A DNA stretch of 63,530 nt, the filler included. It is 6 parts of 6 records of this genome, joined end to end, with 100 filler letters (N's around TTAATTAATTAA, not from the genome) between each part and the next. Parts side by side here need not be neighbours in the genome. Positions count along the whole stretch, not along the records: positions 45,400 to 51,525 come from DRR723986_8402; positions 51,626 to 63,530 come from DRR723986_8403; 4 more parts are not named here. One strand, 5' to 3'. Positions within the stretch are counted from its first letter, which is position 1, and each line of letters opens with the position of its first letter. The notes below the pieces were generated by a model. The model was given only the letters and a program-made list of their open reading frames with translations. It was not told the DNA's origin and did no database searches. The position numbers and the translations under genes were made by a program. Of this stretch, positions 47,475 through 57,016 are shown piece by piece.

Positions 47475-49529
47475 ATGACTTTTCCTGCAATCCCCATCGC
47501 TTTTTCAGGGGTGCCGCTGCAGCGCCCAAATGTAGATTTGCCGCAAATTGCAGGCCCCTCTGGCGTGGCTGTCCACACGTTTGGCGCCCTTTTGGCGGGC
47601 CTTGCCCCGCATCCAGACCAGCGCGCACCGCACCCTGATGCAGCCATGTTGGGTGCCGACCTGGTGCCGGAAACCCCACCGCCAGACCCTGATGATCTGG
47701 CCCAATCGGTGACTACATCTGGGGGGTCTGCGCCCATAGAAGATGCGGAAAACACCCATCTTTTTCAGGGGTTTGATGGGCCAGAGGGGGCAGAAGCCGC
47801 AGCCAGCTCTGCACCTGATTTTTCTGTAGCTCTGGCGCCCAGCACTGTAAATTTGGCTGTGCCTGCCCAACCGCAGCAGCCCCTGCCTGATGCAGCTGTG
47901 AAAGATGCAGCCATGCCCCAAAACCCACAGCTTGGCACAGTTATGCGCCCGGTGGTGGGGGCGGCGCCAGTGGTTGAAATGCCTGCCATGCAGGTGCCGG
48001 GCGATGGGCCAGGCCTTGCGCAGCCATCCATGCCAGCGCCCGCCTCGATAATTGTGGGTGGTATTGGGTGGGCGCCGCTTACCCCCGTCGTGATGGCCCC
48101 TGTTCTTGGTGATGCGCAGGCGCTGGGGGCTTTGGTGCCCATGGCAGATGCTGATACCACCCAGCCCCCGCCGCCCCCTGTGGCCCCTGCGGCCGGCACC
48201 AGCCCACACACAGCGGGCCAGTGGCCCGCAGACGTGGTTACGCCGCAGCCCGGTTTGCCCGCAGCAGCCATGCCCAGCTTTGCCACACAGGCGCAGGGTT
48301 TGGCGCAACCAGCGCCCGGGCCTATGGCCCCAGCGCCGTTAATGGCAGCCGCCCCCGCTGTTGCGCCCGCGGGCAGCCCCGCAGCCGTGCTGGGGCAGGG
48401 CCATTCAGACCATACCGATGGTGCCCAAATTCTGATCGCAAAATCGCCAGATCAGGCCGATGCGCGGCGCCCCCCTGCACCGGTGGCAACCGTGCCAGCC
48501 TATTTGGCGCGCTTGCCGCTTGATCAGGCCGCCCTGCCGCTGCCGGCCCCCCAGCACGACGCGCAGCACAGGCCTGTGCTAACGCCCACGCAGCTGCCGC
48601 CCCCGATGGCACAGGAAAGCGCCCCCGCATTGCCCCCCAACATGGCGCCGGCTGTTGCATCTGACCCACAACCAGCGGCTACAGCGCCACGCCCGGGCCA
48701 AACAAACGCCCCAGCAGCACAGCCCATGGCTGTTGCGCAGCTGGTCTCAGCCCCTGCGGCCCCCGCACCCGCTGCAGAGCTTGGGCAAATGCCGCAACCG
48801 ATAACGCCACAGCCCGCGATGCCACCCTTGATGCCGCCGCTAACGCCGCCACATGCCGCGGTGCCCCCACCGCCTGCGGCTACCCCGGCGCCCACCTCGG
48901 CGGCGCCCACCCCTGCGTTGCCTGACCGCCAGCCAGTTGCCATGCAGGCCCTGGCGCCGGCGCAGGCGGTGCAGGCTAAGGGCATGCCGGCCCCAGTGGC
49001 CAAGCAACCGCTTAAACAGCCCAGCGTTTCCTTTCCCCTTCCTGCCGATGGTGCGGCCGCCGCACCCCCCCGCCTGGCCGAGCTGGCCCTGCCCCACGCC
49101 CCCACGGCCGAGGCCCCGCGTAGCCCCGCCGATGCACAGGCCGTGATCCGCCAGATTGTGGCGCATGGGCCACAGGCAGGGCAGGGTGATTTGGAAATTA
49201 CCCTGCGCCCCGAAGAGCTGGGCCGCCTGCGCCTGGTGGTGCACGAGCATGCCGGTCAAACCAGCCTGTTTGTCACCGCCGATCGCCCGGAAACGCTGGA
49301 TCTTTTGCGCCGGCACACAGATTTGCTGGTGCAAGAGTTCCGCAGCCAGGGGTTTGGGGCGTTGAATGTGTCGGTTGGTGGGGGTGCCCCGGGCCGTGGC
49401 TTTGGCCAAGGCCAACACAGCGATAGCGCCGCCGCAGCTGATACAGCCAGCGGGCCCGCCGTGCCCGTTCAACCCAACCTGCCCGCGCGTTTGGCCAATG
49501 CTGGCCAAGGTATGGATTTGCGTTTGTGA
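47475..49529 (+). CDS. fliK: Flagellar hook-length control protein
   Basis: GGAGG SD; Pro/Ala-rich ruler region; LRPEELGRL..ADRPETLDLLRRH and C-terminal MDLRL. Confidence 0.88.
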   Translation: MTFPAIPIAFSGVPLQRPNVDLPQIAGPSGVAVHTFGALLAGLAPHPDQRAPHPDAAMLGADLVPETPPPDPDDLAQSVTTSGGSAPIEDAENTHLFQGFDGPEGAEAAASSAPDFSVALAPSTVNLAVPAQPQQPLPDAAVKDAAMPQNPQLGTVMRPVVGAAPVVEMPAMQVPGDGPGLAQPSMPAPASIIVGGIGWAPLTPVVMAPVLGDAQALGALVPMADADTTQPPPPPVAPAAGTSPHTAGQWPADVVTPQPGLPAAAMPSFATQAQGLAQPAPGPMAPAPLMAAAPAVAPAGSPAAVLGQGHSDHTDGAQILIAKSPDQADARRPPAPVATVPAYLARLPLDQAALPLPAPQHDAQHRPVLTPTQLPPPMAQESAPALPPNMAPAVASDPQPAATAPRPGQTNAPAAQPMAVAQLVSAPAAPAPAAELGQMPQPITPQPAMPPLMPPLTPPHAAVPPPPAATPAPTSAAPTPALPDRQPVAMQALAPAQAVQAKGMPAPVAKQPLKQPSVSFPLPADGAAAAPPRLAELALPHAPTAEAPRSPADAQAVIRQIVAHGPQAGQGDLEITLRPEELGRLRLVVHEHAGQTSLFVTADRPETLDLLRRHTDLLVQEFRSQGFGALNVSVGGGAPGRGFGQGQHSDSAAAADTASGPAVPVQPNLPARLANAGQGMDLRL

Positions 49530-49539
49530 AAGGTATCAA

Positions 49540-50217
49540 ATGACCACTATTGCCCCCCTTTTTGGCGCCAGCAGCCCCTTACCGCAGGGTGCGGCCCCAT
49601 CAGCCAGCCCCCCCGCGAATGCAACGGCGCTGAGTTCAGATTTCGAAACATTTCTGAAAATGCTCACCGTTCAGATGCAAAACCAAGACCCGCTAAATCC
49701 GATAGATTCCACCGAATATGCCATGCAATTGGCCACCTTCTCTTCGGTCGAGCAGCAGGTTCTCACCAATGATTTACTGCGCCAGATGATGGGTGGGCAA
49801 GGGGCCCAGCTGCTGGATGCGGCGCGGTTGATCGGCCAACAGGTGGCTTTGGCGGGGCCAGTGCCGTTTCAGGGCGCTGCGGTGCAGATGTGGGCCAGCC
49901 CCCAGATTGACGCCAGCCGCGCCGAATTGGTGGTGCGCGATATCACCGGCACCGAGGTGGCGCGCCAAGCTGTGGCGCCCGACCAAGGGCTGCTGGAATG
50001 GAACGGGCGCACCAGCACCGGGCAGCAGGCCATGGCGGGCAACTATTCCATGACGGTCGAGGCCTGGGCCGGCGATGTGCCACTGCCAGCACAACCCGCA
50101 CAGGCCTATGCCACCGTGACCGAGCTGCGCGACAGCGCCCTTGGTGTGCAGGTTGTTACACAAACCGGCGCGGTGGCCGCGCTGTCTACGGTGACGGCCA
50201 TTCGCCAGGGTGGCTAG
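49540..50217 (+). CDS. flgD: Flagellar hook capping protein
   Basis: FETFLKMLTVQMQNQDPLNP..QLATFSSVEQ. Confidence 0.93.
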   Translation: MTTIAPLFGASSPLPQGAAPSASPPANATALSSDFETFLKMLTVQMQNQDPLNPIDSTEYAMQLATFSSVEQQVLTNDLLRQMMGGQGAQLLDAARLIGQQVALAGPVPFQGAAVQMWASPQIDASRAELVVRDITGTEVARQAVAPDQGLLEWNGRTSTGQQAMAGNYSMTVEAWAGDVPLPAQPAQAYATVTELRDSALGVQVVTQTGAVAALSTVTAIRQGG

Positions 50218-50303
50218 GGGCTGGCCGCGCCAGCGCCCCTTGCCGCGATTGCCGCGCTGCACTAGCCTTGCCCCTGCAAATTCAAAGGGCTGTTTGGCGC
50301 GTA

Positions 50304-51197
50304 ATGTCACCCGTTTCCCATATTGGCGCAGCCCAAGCGGGCAAACCGGGCGCAGCGCAGGCCGCACAGTTGGCACTGCTGCCCCAGTTGCGGGCTTTGG
50401 TGCCCCAGGCCATGCCCTGGCATCCTTTGCAGGGCGGCAAAACCAACCTGCTGTGGCGGGTGGGCGATGTGGTGGTCAAACTATATAGCCAGCCTGGGGT
50501 GAACCCATTGTTTCCCAACCAGCCCGATGCGGAAATTGTGGCTTTGCAGGCCTTACAAGGGCACGGCCTGGCGCCGCAATTTCTGGGCCAAGCGGCCACG
50601 CCTTTGGGCCGCTGCGTGGTGTATCGGCATATGCCCGGCCAGCCGGGCAGGGCGGGCCCTGCGCAGGTTGCAGCGCTATTGGCGCGGTTGCATCAGCAGC
50701 CGCGCCCAGCCCAAAATTTGCGCCAGGTGTCCGCCTCGGCCGACGCGGTGATGGCATCGGCACAGGCGATTTTGGCGCAGTGCCGCGACAGGGCTGCTTT
50801 TTCTGACCCGCCCGATATGGGCCCAGCTGTGGCAATGCCGCTGCCGGCGCCCGTGTTTTTGCATGGCGATCCGGTGCCAGCCAATATTGTACACGCGCCA
50901 CATGGGCCCTGTTTGATCGATTGGCAATGCCCTGGCTGGGGGCCTGCGGCGCATGATCTGGCCATTTATCTGTCGGCGGCGATGCAGCTGCTATACCTTG
51001 GGCAGCCGCTGCCGCGCCGGGCGCAGGCGCAGGTTTTGGCGGCCTATCCAGATGCGGCGGCTGTGGCCCATTATCGCGCGTTGCGGCGTCTTTTTGCGTG
51101 GCGCATGGCGGCCTATTGCCAATGGCGGCTGGAACAGGGGCAGGCTGATTATGCCGCCGCGCGCGATGCGGAACTGGCCAGCCTAGTGCAAGACTAA
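50304..51197 (+). CDS. APH/choline kinase-like phosphotransferase
   Basis: GGKTN, HGDPVPANI and LIDWQ motifs; start uncertain. Confidence 0.8.
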   Translation: MSPVSHIGAAQAGKPGAAQAAQLALLPQLRALVPQAMPWHPLQGGKTNLLWRVGDVVVKLYSQPGVNPLFPNQPDAEIVALQALQGHGLAPQFLGQAATPLGRCVVYRHMPGQPGRAGPAQVAALLARLHQQPRPAQNLRQVSASADAVMASAQAILAQCRDRAAFSDPPDMGPAVAMPLPAPVFLHGDPVPANIVHAPHGPCLIDWQCPGWGPAAHDLAIYLSAAMQLLYLGQPLPRRAQAQVLAAYPDAAAVAHYRALRRLFAWRMAAYCQWRLEQGQADYAAARDAELASLVQD

Positions 51198-51525
51198 ATG
51201 GGCAAATTCGGCAGCCGCCGCGCCGATCACCAGCCCCAGGCCCAGCCATGCCAGCGCGCGCGCGCGGCTTGGGCGTGGCGGCGGCGGGGCGTCTTGGCCT
51301 TGTTTGACCAGCACTGCCTCTACCATGCCCGGCAACCGTGGCCCGAACCGTGCCAGAACCATGGCGGTTTTGCCCAGATCGCGGGCCAGCGCGGCCGGGC
51401 CAATGGATTGGCGGATATAGTTTTCCACCACGGGTTGGGCGACTTTCCAGATGTTGATATGCGGGTTCAGCGAGCGGGCCACGCCCTCTACCACCACCAT
51501 CGTGCGCTGCAACAAGATCAGCTCG
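51183..51525 (-). CDS. ubiB: Ubiquinone biosynthesis kinase UbiB, C-terminal fragment
   Basis: ELILLQRTMVVVEGVARSLNP.INIW. Confidence 0.88.
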
Positions 51526-51625
51526 NNNNNNNNNNNNNNNNNNNNNNNNNNNNNNNNNNNNNNNNNNNNTTAATTAATTAANNNNNNNNNNNNNNNNNNN
51601 NNNNNNNNNNNNNNNNNNNNNNNNN
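51526..51625. other. Artificial contig spacer
   Basis: N-run with TTAATTAATTAA. Confidence 0.99.
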
Positions 51626-51911
51626 TGTTGTTCTCCACCGGGCCGAAGTCAACAAAGCGGACCCGCTGCCAGGCCAGGAAGGCATCGAGCCAGGCATCGT
51701 TCAGGGCCGGTCGGCTGTCGGACGTCGGTGCGTTGCAGTAGCCGACCGCCGCCGATGCCAGTTGTTCGGTTTTGGTTGCCAGCGATTCGTAGCCGTTTTG
51801 AATTGCGCCATGCCACTGTTCGCGGGCCTGGGTATCGGCGTTGGCCCCGAGTGCCGCCGTAGTGCAGACAAGCAGGGCGGAGGCGAAGAACAGTCTGGTG
51901 ATCGGTTGCAT
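51626..51911 (-). CDS. Imelysin-like (M75) protein, N-terminal fragment
   Basis: Signal peptide, AW..A..AWQ....DFGP motif and operon context. Confidence 0.75.
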
Positions 51912-51920
51912 AGTGGATCC

Positions 51921-53330
51921 TCAGAGTGAATTCAGAAAATCGATCAGGGCGCTGCGCTCCGACTCGGCCATCTGACGATAGCGGTCAGCTGCCGGCCGGG
52001 CTTCGCCACCGTGCCAGAGAATGGCTTCTTCCAGCGTGCGGGCGCGGCCGTCATGCAGAAAACCGGACTGGGGGTTAACCACCTGGGCCAGGCCGATGCC
52101 CCAAAGCGGTGGCGTGCGCCACTCGTTGCCGTCAGCGAGGAACTCGTCCCGGCCGTCTGCCAGGGCCGGGCCCATGTCGTGCAGTAAAAGGTCGGTGTAG
52201 GGCCAGATGGTCTGGTTGCTCAGATCCGGGCGGTCGGCCACTTCTCCGGTCTGGTATTTCGGGGTGTGGCAACCGGCACAGCCGGTTTCATTGAACAGCC
52301 TGGCGCCTTTCTGCACGGATTCAGCGCCCAGATCCCGACGGGCAGGTACCGCCAGACTCTTGGCGTAGAAGGTGACAAAGTCGGCGACCTTGTCGCTCAC
52401 TTCGGGCTCACCACCGTGAGTAAACCGTTCGCACTGTTGTTCCGGGGTGCAGTCGGTGGTGGGTTTGATGGACGATGTCAGGCCCATATCGCCGGCGAAG
52501 GCGCCCATGCTTTGCTGGTGTACATCCGGTTCCGCGGCTTTCCAGCCAAACCGGCCCGGCAGCGTTTGCTGGCTGGCGACATCCCACACCTGATTAAGCT
52601 TGCCGGAAATCCCGTTGTTGTCGGTATCTTCCGGATCGGCCAATGCCTCAAGATCGGCAATAGGGATGGCTTCCAGCAGTCCCATGCCGATCATTTGTGG
52701 TGCCACCCGGGGAGAGACCAGCAAATTTGCCGGCATAGGACCATAGTTGGGGTTCTCGATGCGATATTCCGGTTTGCGCAGTTCAACCACCGTTCCATCC
52801 CCAAGTATTTCCTGAACGGGCTCCCAGTCAATCACCAGATCCGCTTCCGGTTTTGCGGCCGGCAGGGCCGCAGTCTGCAATTGACTGCCGTAGACCGGTG
52901 CGGGTTTGAAACCGTGCTTGCGCAGGAGTTCTGCATCCTTGACCGGATCGGCGGGTACTGCCAGCCGCAGGAACAGGGAGACAGGCGGTTCATCAACGCC
53001 GGGCGGGTGTCCACGGCCATCCTTGATGTGACAACCCTGGCAGGAGTTGGTATTGAACAGGGGGCCCAGGCCGTCCCGGGCATCGGTGCTGGCCGGTGCT
53101 TCCACCCAGGGATTGCGGAAGAAACTGTTGCCAACGCTGAAATCCAGGCGTTTGGTCATGGACAGGTTGCCCTGGGGCAGCGAGTAGGCGTTGGTGTCGG
53201 CCTGATTGACCGTGCCTTCACCGCCTGTGGCCGGTGTAGTTTGTATCGGGTAACCAGCGTGAGTCTCTGCAATCAGGGGTTGAGTGCTGAAGGCCAGCGG
53301 CAACAGACAGAAGATGAGTGCTCGTTTCAT
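51921..53330 (-). CDS. Di-heme oxidoreductase family protein (DUF1111)
   Basis: DGLGPLFN; CQGCH and CAGCH heme motifs; WRTPPLWG and LHDGRA. Confidence 0.9.
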   Translation of the reverse strand: MKRALIFCLLPLAFSTQPLIAETHAGYPIQTTPATGGEGTVNQADTNAYSLPQGNLSMTKRLDFSVGNSFFRNPWVEAPASTDARDGLGPLFNTNSCQGCHIKDGRGHPPGVDEPPVSLFLRLAVPADPVKDAELLRKHGFKPAPVYGSQLQTAALPAAKPEADLVIDWEPVQEILGDGTVVELRKPEYRIENPNYGPMPANLLVSPRVAPQMIGMGLLEAIPIADLEALADPEDTDNNGISGKLNQVWDVASQQTLPGRFGWKAAEPDVHQQSMGAFAGDMGLTSSIKPTTDCTPEQQCERFTHGGEPEVSDKVADFVTFYAKSLAVPARRDLGAESVQKGARLFNETGCAGCHTPKYQTGEVADRPDLSNQTIWPYTDLLLHDMGPALADGRDEFLADGNEWRTPPLWGIGLAQVVNPQSGFLHDGRARTLEEAILWHGGEARPAADRYRQMAESERSALIDFLNSL

Positions 53331-53355
53331 AACTACTCGCGTTTCAGAATGGAAG

Positions 53356-53449
53356 AAGCCATGGAAAATCGACCTTCGTGCATAAAGGAGGGTTTTCCAT
53401 GGCTTGTTCTTGTTAGCAGGATACCGGGAGTTTCTATCTCCCGGTATCC
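53356..53449. repeat. Two intercistronic hairpins
   Basis: AAGCCATGGAAAA..TTTTCCATGGCTT (53356-53405) and GGATACCGGGAG..CTCCCGGTATCC (53419-53449). Confidence 0.7.
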
Positions 53450-53469
53450 GTTTACTGCAACCGGATCAA

Positions 53470-54765
53470 TCAGAATGAATGGCCGGCGTCGTCCGGGGAC
53501 AGGGCTTGAATGCCCAGTTGCCGTGCAGCCTGCTCGATAGAGCCGGTCTGCTCAACCAGCGCCATGATAGCACCGTTGACAATGCGGGTGCCTTCCGCGT
53601 TGCCCGGGGCGATCATGGTGTCAAAGGCCATCGGGTTCTGGCTGCTTTCGGCGCGGGCTTTCATGAGCGCCAAGGCTTCCATTGACGCGTCCAGCTGACG
53701 GTTCAGGCGAACATCCAGCTCCGGGTTGGTCTGCTCAACCAGGTCAGACAGGGACGGGCCTGAAACCACAGAGCCATCTACGCGACGATAGGTGCCGGTA
53801 TACACGTTCTGGATGCCCTGGCCGTTGTAGTAGTGCGAGTTGTGGGTGTTATCGCTGAAGCAGTCGTGTTCGTCTTCATAGGAGTTGGCTTCCAAGGCAA
53901 CTTTCATGCGCTCACCGGCCAGCTCGCCGAGGGACAGGGAACCCATACCGAACAGCATTTTCTGGATGCCCTCGTCGGCGTTTGCGGACGTCAGCTGGGA
54001 ACGGTAGTTGTCTGAGGTGCCCGGGGCCCACTGGGCAACCATCCACTCCAGATCCTCGACCAGCAGATCAGTCACGGCATCCAGATACTGGGCACGGCGC
54101 TCACAGTTGCCGTTGGTGCAGTCGTTGCCTTTGGCGTAGTCAGTGACCGGGCGCTCGCCTGCGCCACCTTCAAAACCGTGCAGATCCTGGCCCCACAGCA
54201 GGAATTCGACCGCATGGTAACCGGTGGCTACGTTGGCTTCGGAACCGCCGACTTCGTTCAGGTCGGCCAGCAGTTCAGGGGTGAGTGTTGCCACATCCAG
54301 AGTTTCCCCGCCGACGTTAATGCTGTTGCTGGCGACGATGTTGGCGGTTGCACCGGCATTGCCGAGTTCGTGCTGGTAGTCGTCGGCTTTGACGTAGTCG
54401 ATCAGGCCTTCGTCCAGTGGCCAGGCGTTCAATTGGCCTTCCCAGTCATCCACGATGGCATTGCCGAAGCGGAAAACTTCTGACTGCTGGTAAGGAACCC
54501 GTGAGGCCAGCCAGGCTTCTTTTGCCGCTTTGAGGTTGGCTTCGGTGGGGTTGGCAATCAGGCGGTCAGTAGCCTCGTCCAGCGCACGCGCAGTAATCAG
54601 GGCATCCTCGTAGGTGGCATGGGCCAGATCGGCGTAATGGGTTACCACCGATGCTTTGGTGGCCGGCGCACTTTGTTCGGCGGACCAGGGCGCGTTTGCG
54701 CAGCCCGCGGTAAGGGCTGTGGCAATGGTCAGTGCCAATGGGGCTGGGCGAAACAGGTTTTTCAT
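53470..54765 (-). CDS. Imelysin family iron-regulated lipoprotein (IrpA/IcmP-like)
   Basis: Lipobox TAGC; NAWPLDEGLIDY, GYHAVEFLLWGQD and EHDCFSDNT motifs. Confidence 0.9.
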   Translation of the reverse strand: MKNLFRPAPLALTIATALTAGCANAPWSAEQSAPATKASVVTHYADLAHATYEDALITARALDEATDRLIANPTEANLKAAKEAWLASRVPYQQSEVFRFGNAIVDDWEGQLNAWPLDEGLIDYVKADDYQHELGNAGATANIVASNSINVGGETLDVATLTPELLADLNEVGGSEANVATGYHAVEFLLWGQDLHGFEGGAGERPVTDYAKGNDCTNGNCERRAQYLDAVTDLLVEDLEWMVAQWAPGTSDNYRSQLTSANADEGIQKMLFGMGSLSLGELAGERMKVALEANSYEDEHDCFSDNTHNSHYYNGQGIQNVYTGTYRRVDGSVVSGPSLSDLVEQTNPELDVRLNRQLDASMEALALMKARAESSQNPMAFDTMIAPGNAEGTRIVNGAIMALVEQTGSIEQAARQLGIQALSPDDAGHSF

Positions 54766-54794
54766 TTCAAACTCCATGTTGATGAGGTCTTTTT

Positions 54795-54813
54795 GTAAAT
54801 AAGAAATATTAGC
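54795..54813. promoter_or_regulatory. Fur box
   Basis: GTAAATAAGAAATATTAGC, 12/19 match to GATAATGATAATCATTATC, upstream of the iron operon. Confidence 0.65.
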
Positions 54814-54934
54814 GTTCAGATTATGGGTTTGGAAACCCTACATGGCAAGGGGTTTTTGATATAGGTGATTGTCGGGCCGCTTGCGTGGCCAAGGTGACTG
54901 CGGCTTAATGGGCTCCTGATTCCGGGAGCCTTTT

Positions 54935-55777
54935 ATGCTGAGTTATCTTCACGCCTTCCACGCCGGCAACTTTGCCGATGTTCAGAAGCATGCTGCACTG
55001 TCACTGGTGCTGGCCATGATGCAATCCAAGAAATCTGCCATAGCCTGTTTTGACACCCACGCGGGCAGCGCCCGTTACGATTTGGGCAGCGAGCGGGCAA
55101 GAAAAACCGGCGAAGCTGATACTGGTGTTCAGGCCTTGTGGCGGATCCGGGAGCAACTGGCCACCGGCGACTGGCAGCCGGTTCTGGAGGTATTGGCGCG
55201 GTACAACCCAGGCAATGGGCCGCTACGGACGTATCCGGGCTCGCCGGCATGGTTTGCGGAATTTTGCCGTCCGGGTGATTCCGTCACCGCTTTCGAGCTG
55301 CACCCTTCGGAAGAGCGTCAGCTGGCTCAGTGGGCTGATGAAGTGGGGGTGAAGGTGCGCCATGAGGATGGCCTGAAAGGGCTCCTGAAATGCTTGCCGC
55401 CGGCACAGCCACGACTGTTGGCGCTGATTGATCCTTCTTACGAAATCAAAACCGATTATGAGGCCGTAGCCCGGACATTGATGGACGCGTGGAAAAAATG
55501 CCGCCATGGCGTCTATCTTATCTGGTATCCCCTGTTAACCAGTGGCCTGGAACAAAAGCTGATGGATTCGCTGAGGGCGTCCGGTTCGGTGCGCAAGATT
55601 CTTCAGTGCGAGGTTATGCTGGATCAGCCGCCCGAACGGGGCATGGTGGGTTCCGGCATGCTGATTGTGAACCCGCCCTGGGGGTTCGATGAACGTTTTG
55701 CGGCCATGATGTCGGATCTGACCGGCCCCGATCGGCTCGGTCTGTCGCCTGCCATGGATTGGCTGGTGCCTGAATAG
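54935..55777 (+). CDS. rlmJ: 23S rRNA m6A2030 methyltransferase
   Basis: MLSYLHAFHAGNFADV.KH, DTHAG, YPGSP and IDPSYE motifs. Confidence 0.95.
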   Translation: MLSYLHAFHAGNFADVQKHAALSLVLAMMQSKKSAIACFDTHAGSARYDLGSERARKTGEADTGVQALWRIREQLATGDWQPVLEVLARYNPGNGPLRTYPGSPAWFAEFCRPGDSVTAFELHPSEERQLAQWADEVGVKVRHEDGLKGLLKCLPPAQPRLLALIDPSYEIKTDYEAVARTLMDAWKKCRHGVYLIWYPLLTSGLEQKLMDSLRASGSVRKILQCEVMLDQPPERGMVGSGMLIVNPPWGFDERFAAMMSDLTGPDRLGLSPAMDWLVPE

Positions 55778-55793
55778 GCCCGGAGTATCGCCT

Positions 55794-57005
55794 TTGACTG
55801 ACAACAACCAAGCTGATCACCCATGCCTGCCTGGCGGGCTGATTCCTCTGGAGCAATGGCGGGTTCCGGAGACCTCCGTCCGCAGAACCATTCGCACTGG
55901 TCTCCGGGATATTCTGGATCAGTTAAAAGCGGGCATTCATCCTGACGAACAGGCGTTCAGAAGTCTGGATGATTTGCCTACCCTGTCGGAACGCCAGATT
56001 CAGGACTATGCCCCGGTACCGGATCGTGAAGAACTTGCCCGGGCTTTATTGAACGAGCTGGAACAGTTGCGCCGGTCAGGCGGGCAGTCACGCAAGGCCA
56101 GTTTTCTGGTGGCACCACCATTCTCAGGTATTGCCGAAGCTTTGGGGGCCTCGGGGCGGCGGGTGATCGCCCCGCCGGACAATCTGTTAATGCCTGAAAG
56201 AGACATTACCGGCTGGTGGGATCACCAGCTTCAGGACGATGACTGGGTAATACCGGAACTGGCAGATTTCTGGCTGCGACACCGGTCCGGTCTTGGCTTG
56301 TTGCGTGAATTATTCGCGCGCCTGGCGCGGGATAAAGTGGGTGAGGGCATCATTGGCTGTTCCAGCTGGTGTTGGCAGTTCTGGACTCAGTACCTGCCAG
56401 AGCTCCACCTGGCCCCATTGACCCCCAGCCCTTTGTCGGGGGATCGTCTTACCAACTGGCTTGGACATCTGGCGGGGGAGCGCTCGCAAGGACCACTGAC
56501 GGCGAGAATGACCCAGGATGGCCTGTATGTACTGCCGGCGCCAACCGGGGACGACGAGCGAAAATACAGCCTGTTTACCCGGGATCTGGCCACTTTGGCT
56601 CGGGGAAATCCGGGGGTCGCCCTGGCTATCTGGCGCCGAACTCTTCGGGCACGGCCCGAGGATGAGGCGCAGCAGCAAGGGGAAGGGGATGCACATCAAG
56701 AGGGCCGCCAGTGCTGGGTGGCGCCACTGGATCAGCTGAGTTTGCCTGCCGTGCCCCAGAGTTCAGCCCGGCGGTCCGGCTACCTGCTGCATGCGTTGTT
56801 GATGCATGGCGGCCTGAGCCTGGGGCAGCTGGAGCTGACGTCGGGGTTGCCTGGCGAGGAATTGCGGATAGCGCTGTCCCGGCTGGAACGAGCCGATGTA
56901 GTGACCGGGGATGAGCAGGAAGGCATCTTTCGGGTGCAGGCATTGGCGTATCCGGCTGTGCGGCGGTATCTGCAATCCAAAGGGTATCCGGTGGACAGCT
57001 TCTAG
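55794..57005 (+). CDS. Hypothetical protein, possibly a degenerate P-loop NTPase with a C-terminal winged helix
   Basis: LVAPPFSGIAE (Walker A-like without Lys), ARGNPGVA and LLMHGGLS...LSRLERA. Confidence 0.55.
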   Translation: MTDNNQADHPCLPGGLIPLEQWRVPETSVRRTIRTGLRDILDQLKAGIHPDEQAFRSLDDLPTLSERQIQDYAPVPDREELARALLNELEQLRRSGGQSRKASFLVAPPFSGIAEALGASGRRVIAPPDNLLMPERDITGWWDHQLQDDDWVIPELADFWLRHRSGLGLLRELFARLARDKVGEGIIGCSSWCWQFWTQYLPELHLAPLTPSPLSGDRLTNWLGHLAGERSQGPLTARMTQDGLYVLPAPTGDDERKYSLFTRDLATLARGNPGVALAIWRRTLRARPEDEAQQQGEGDAHQEGRQCWVAPLDQLSLPAVPQSSARRSGYLLHALLMHGGLSLGQLELTSGLPGEELRIALSRLERADVVTGDEQEGIFRVQALAYPAVRRYLQSKGYPVDSF

Positions 57006-57016
57006 GAGAAACGGTT

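Noticed and set aside
8599-51625. Five recurring N-TTAATTAATTAA-N blocks as a repeat family or CRISPR-like array
   Set aside because: They are artificial six-frame-stop contig linkers; adjacency across them has no biological meaning.
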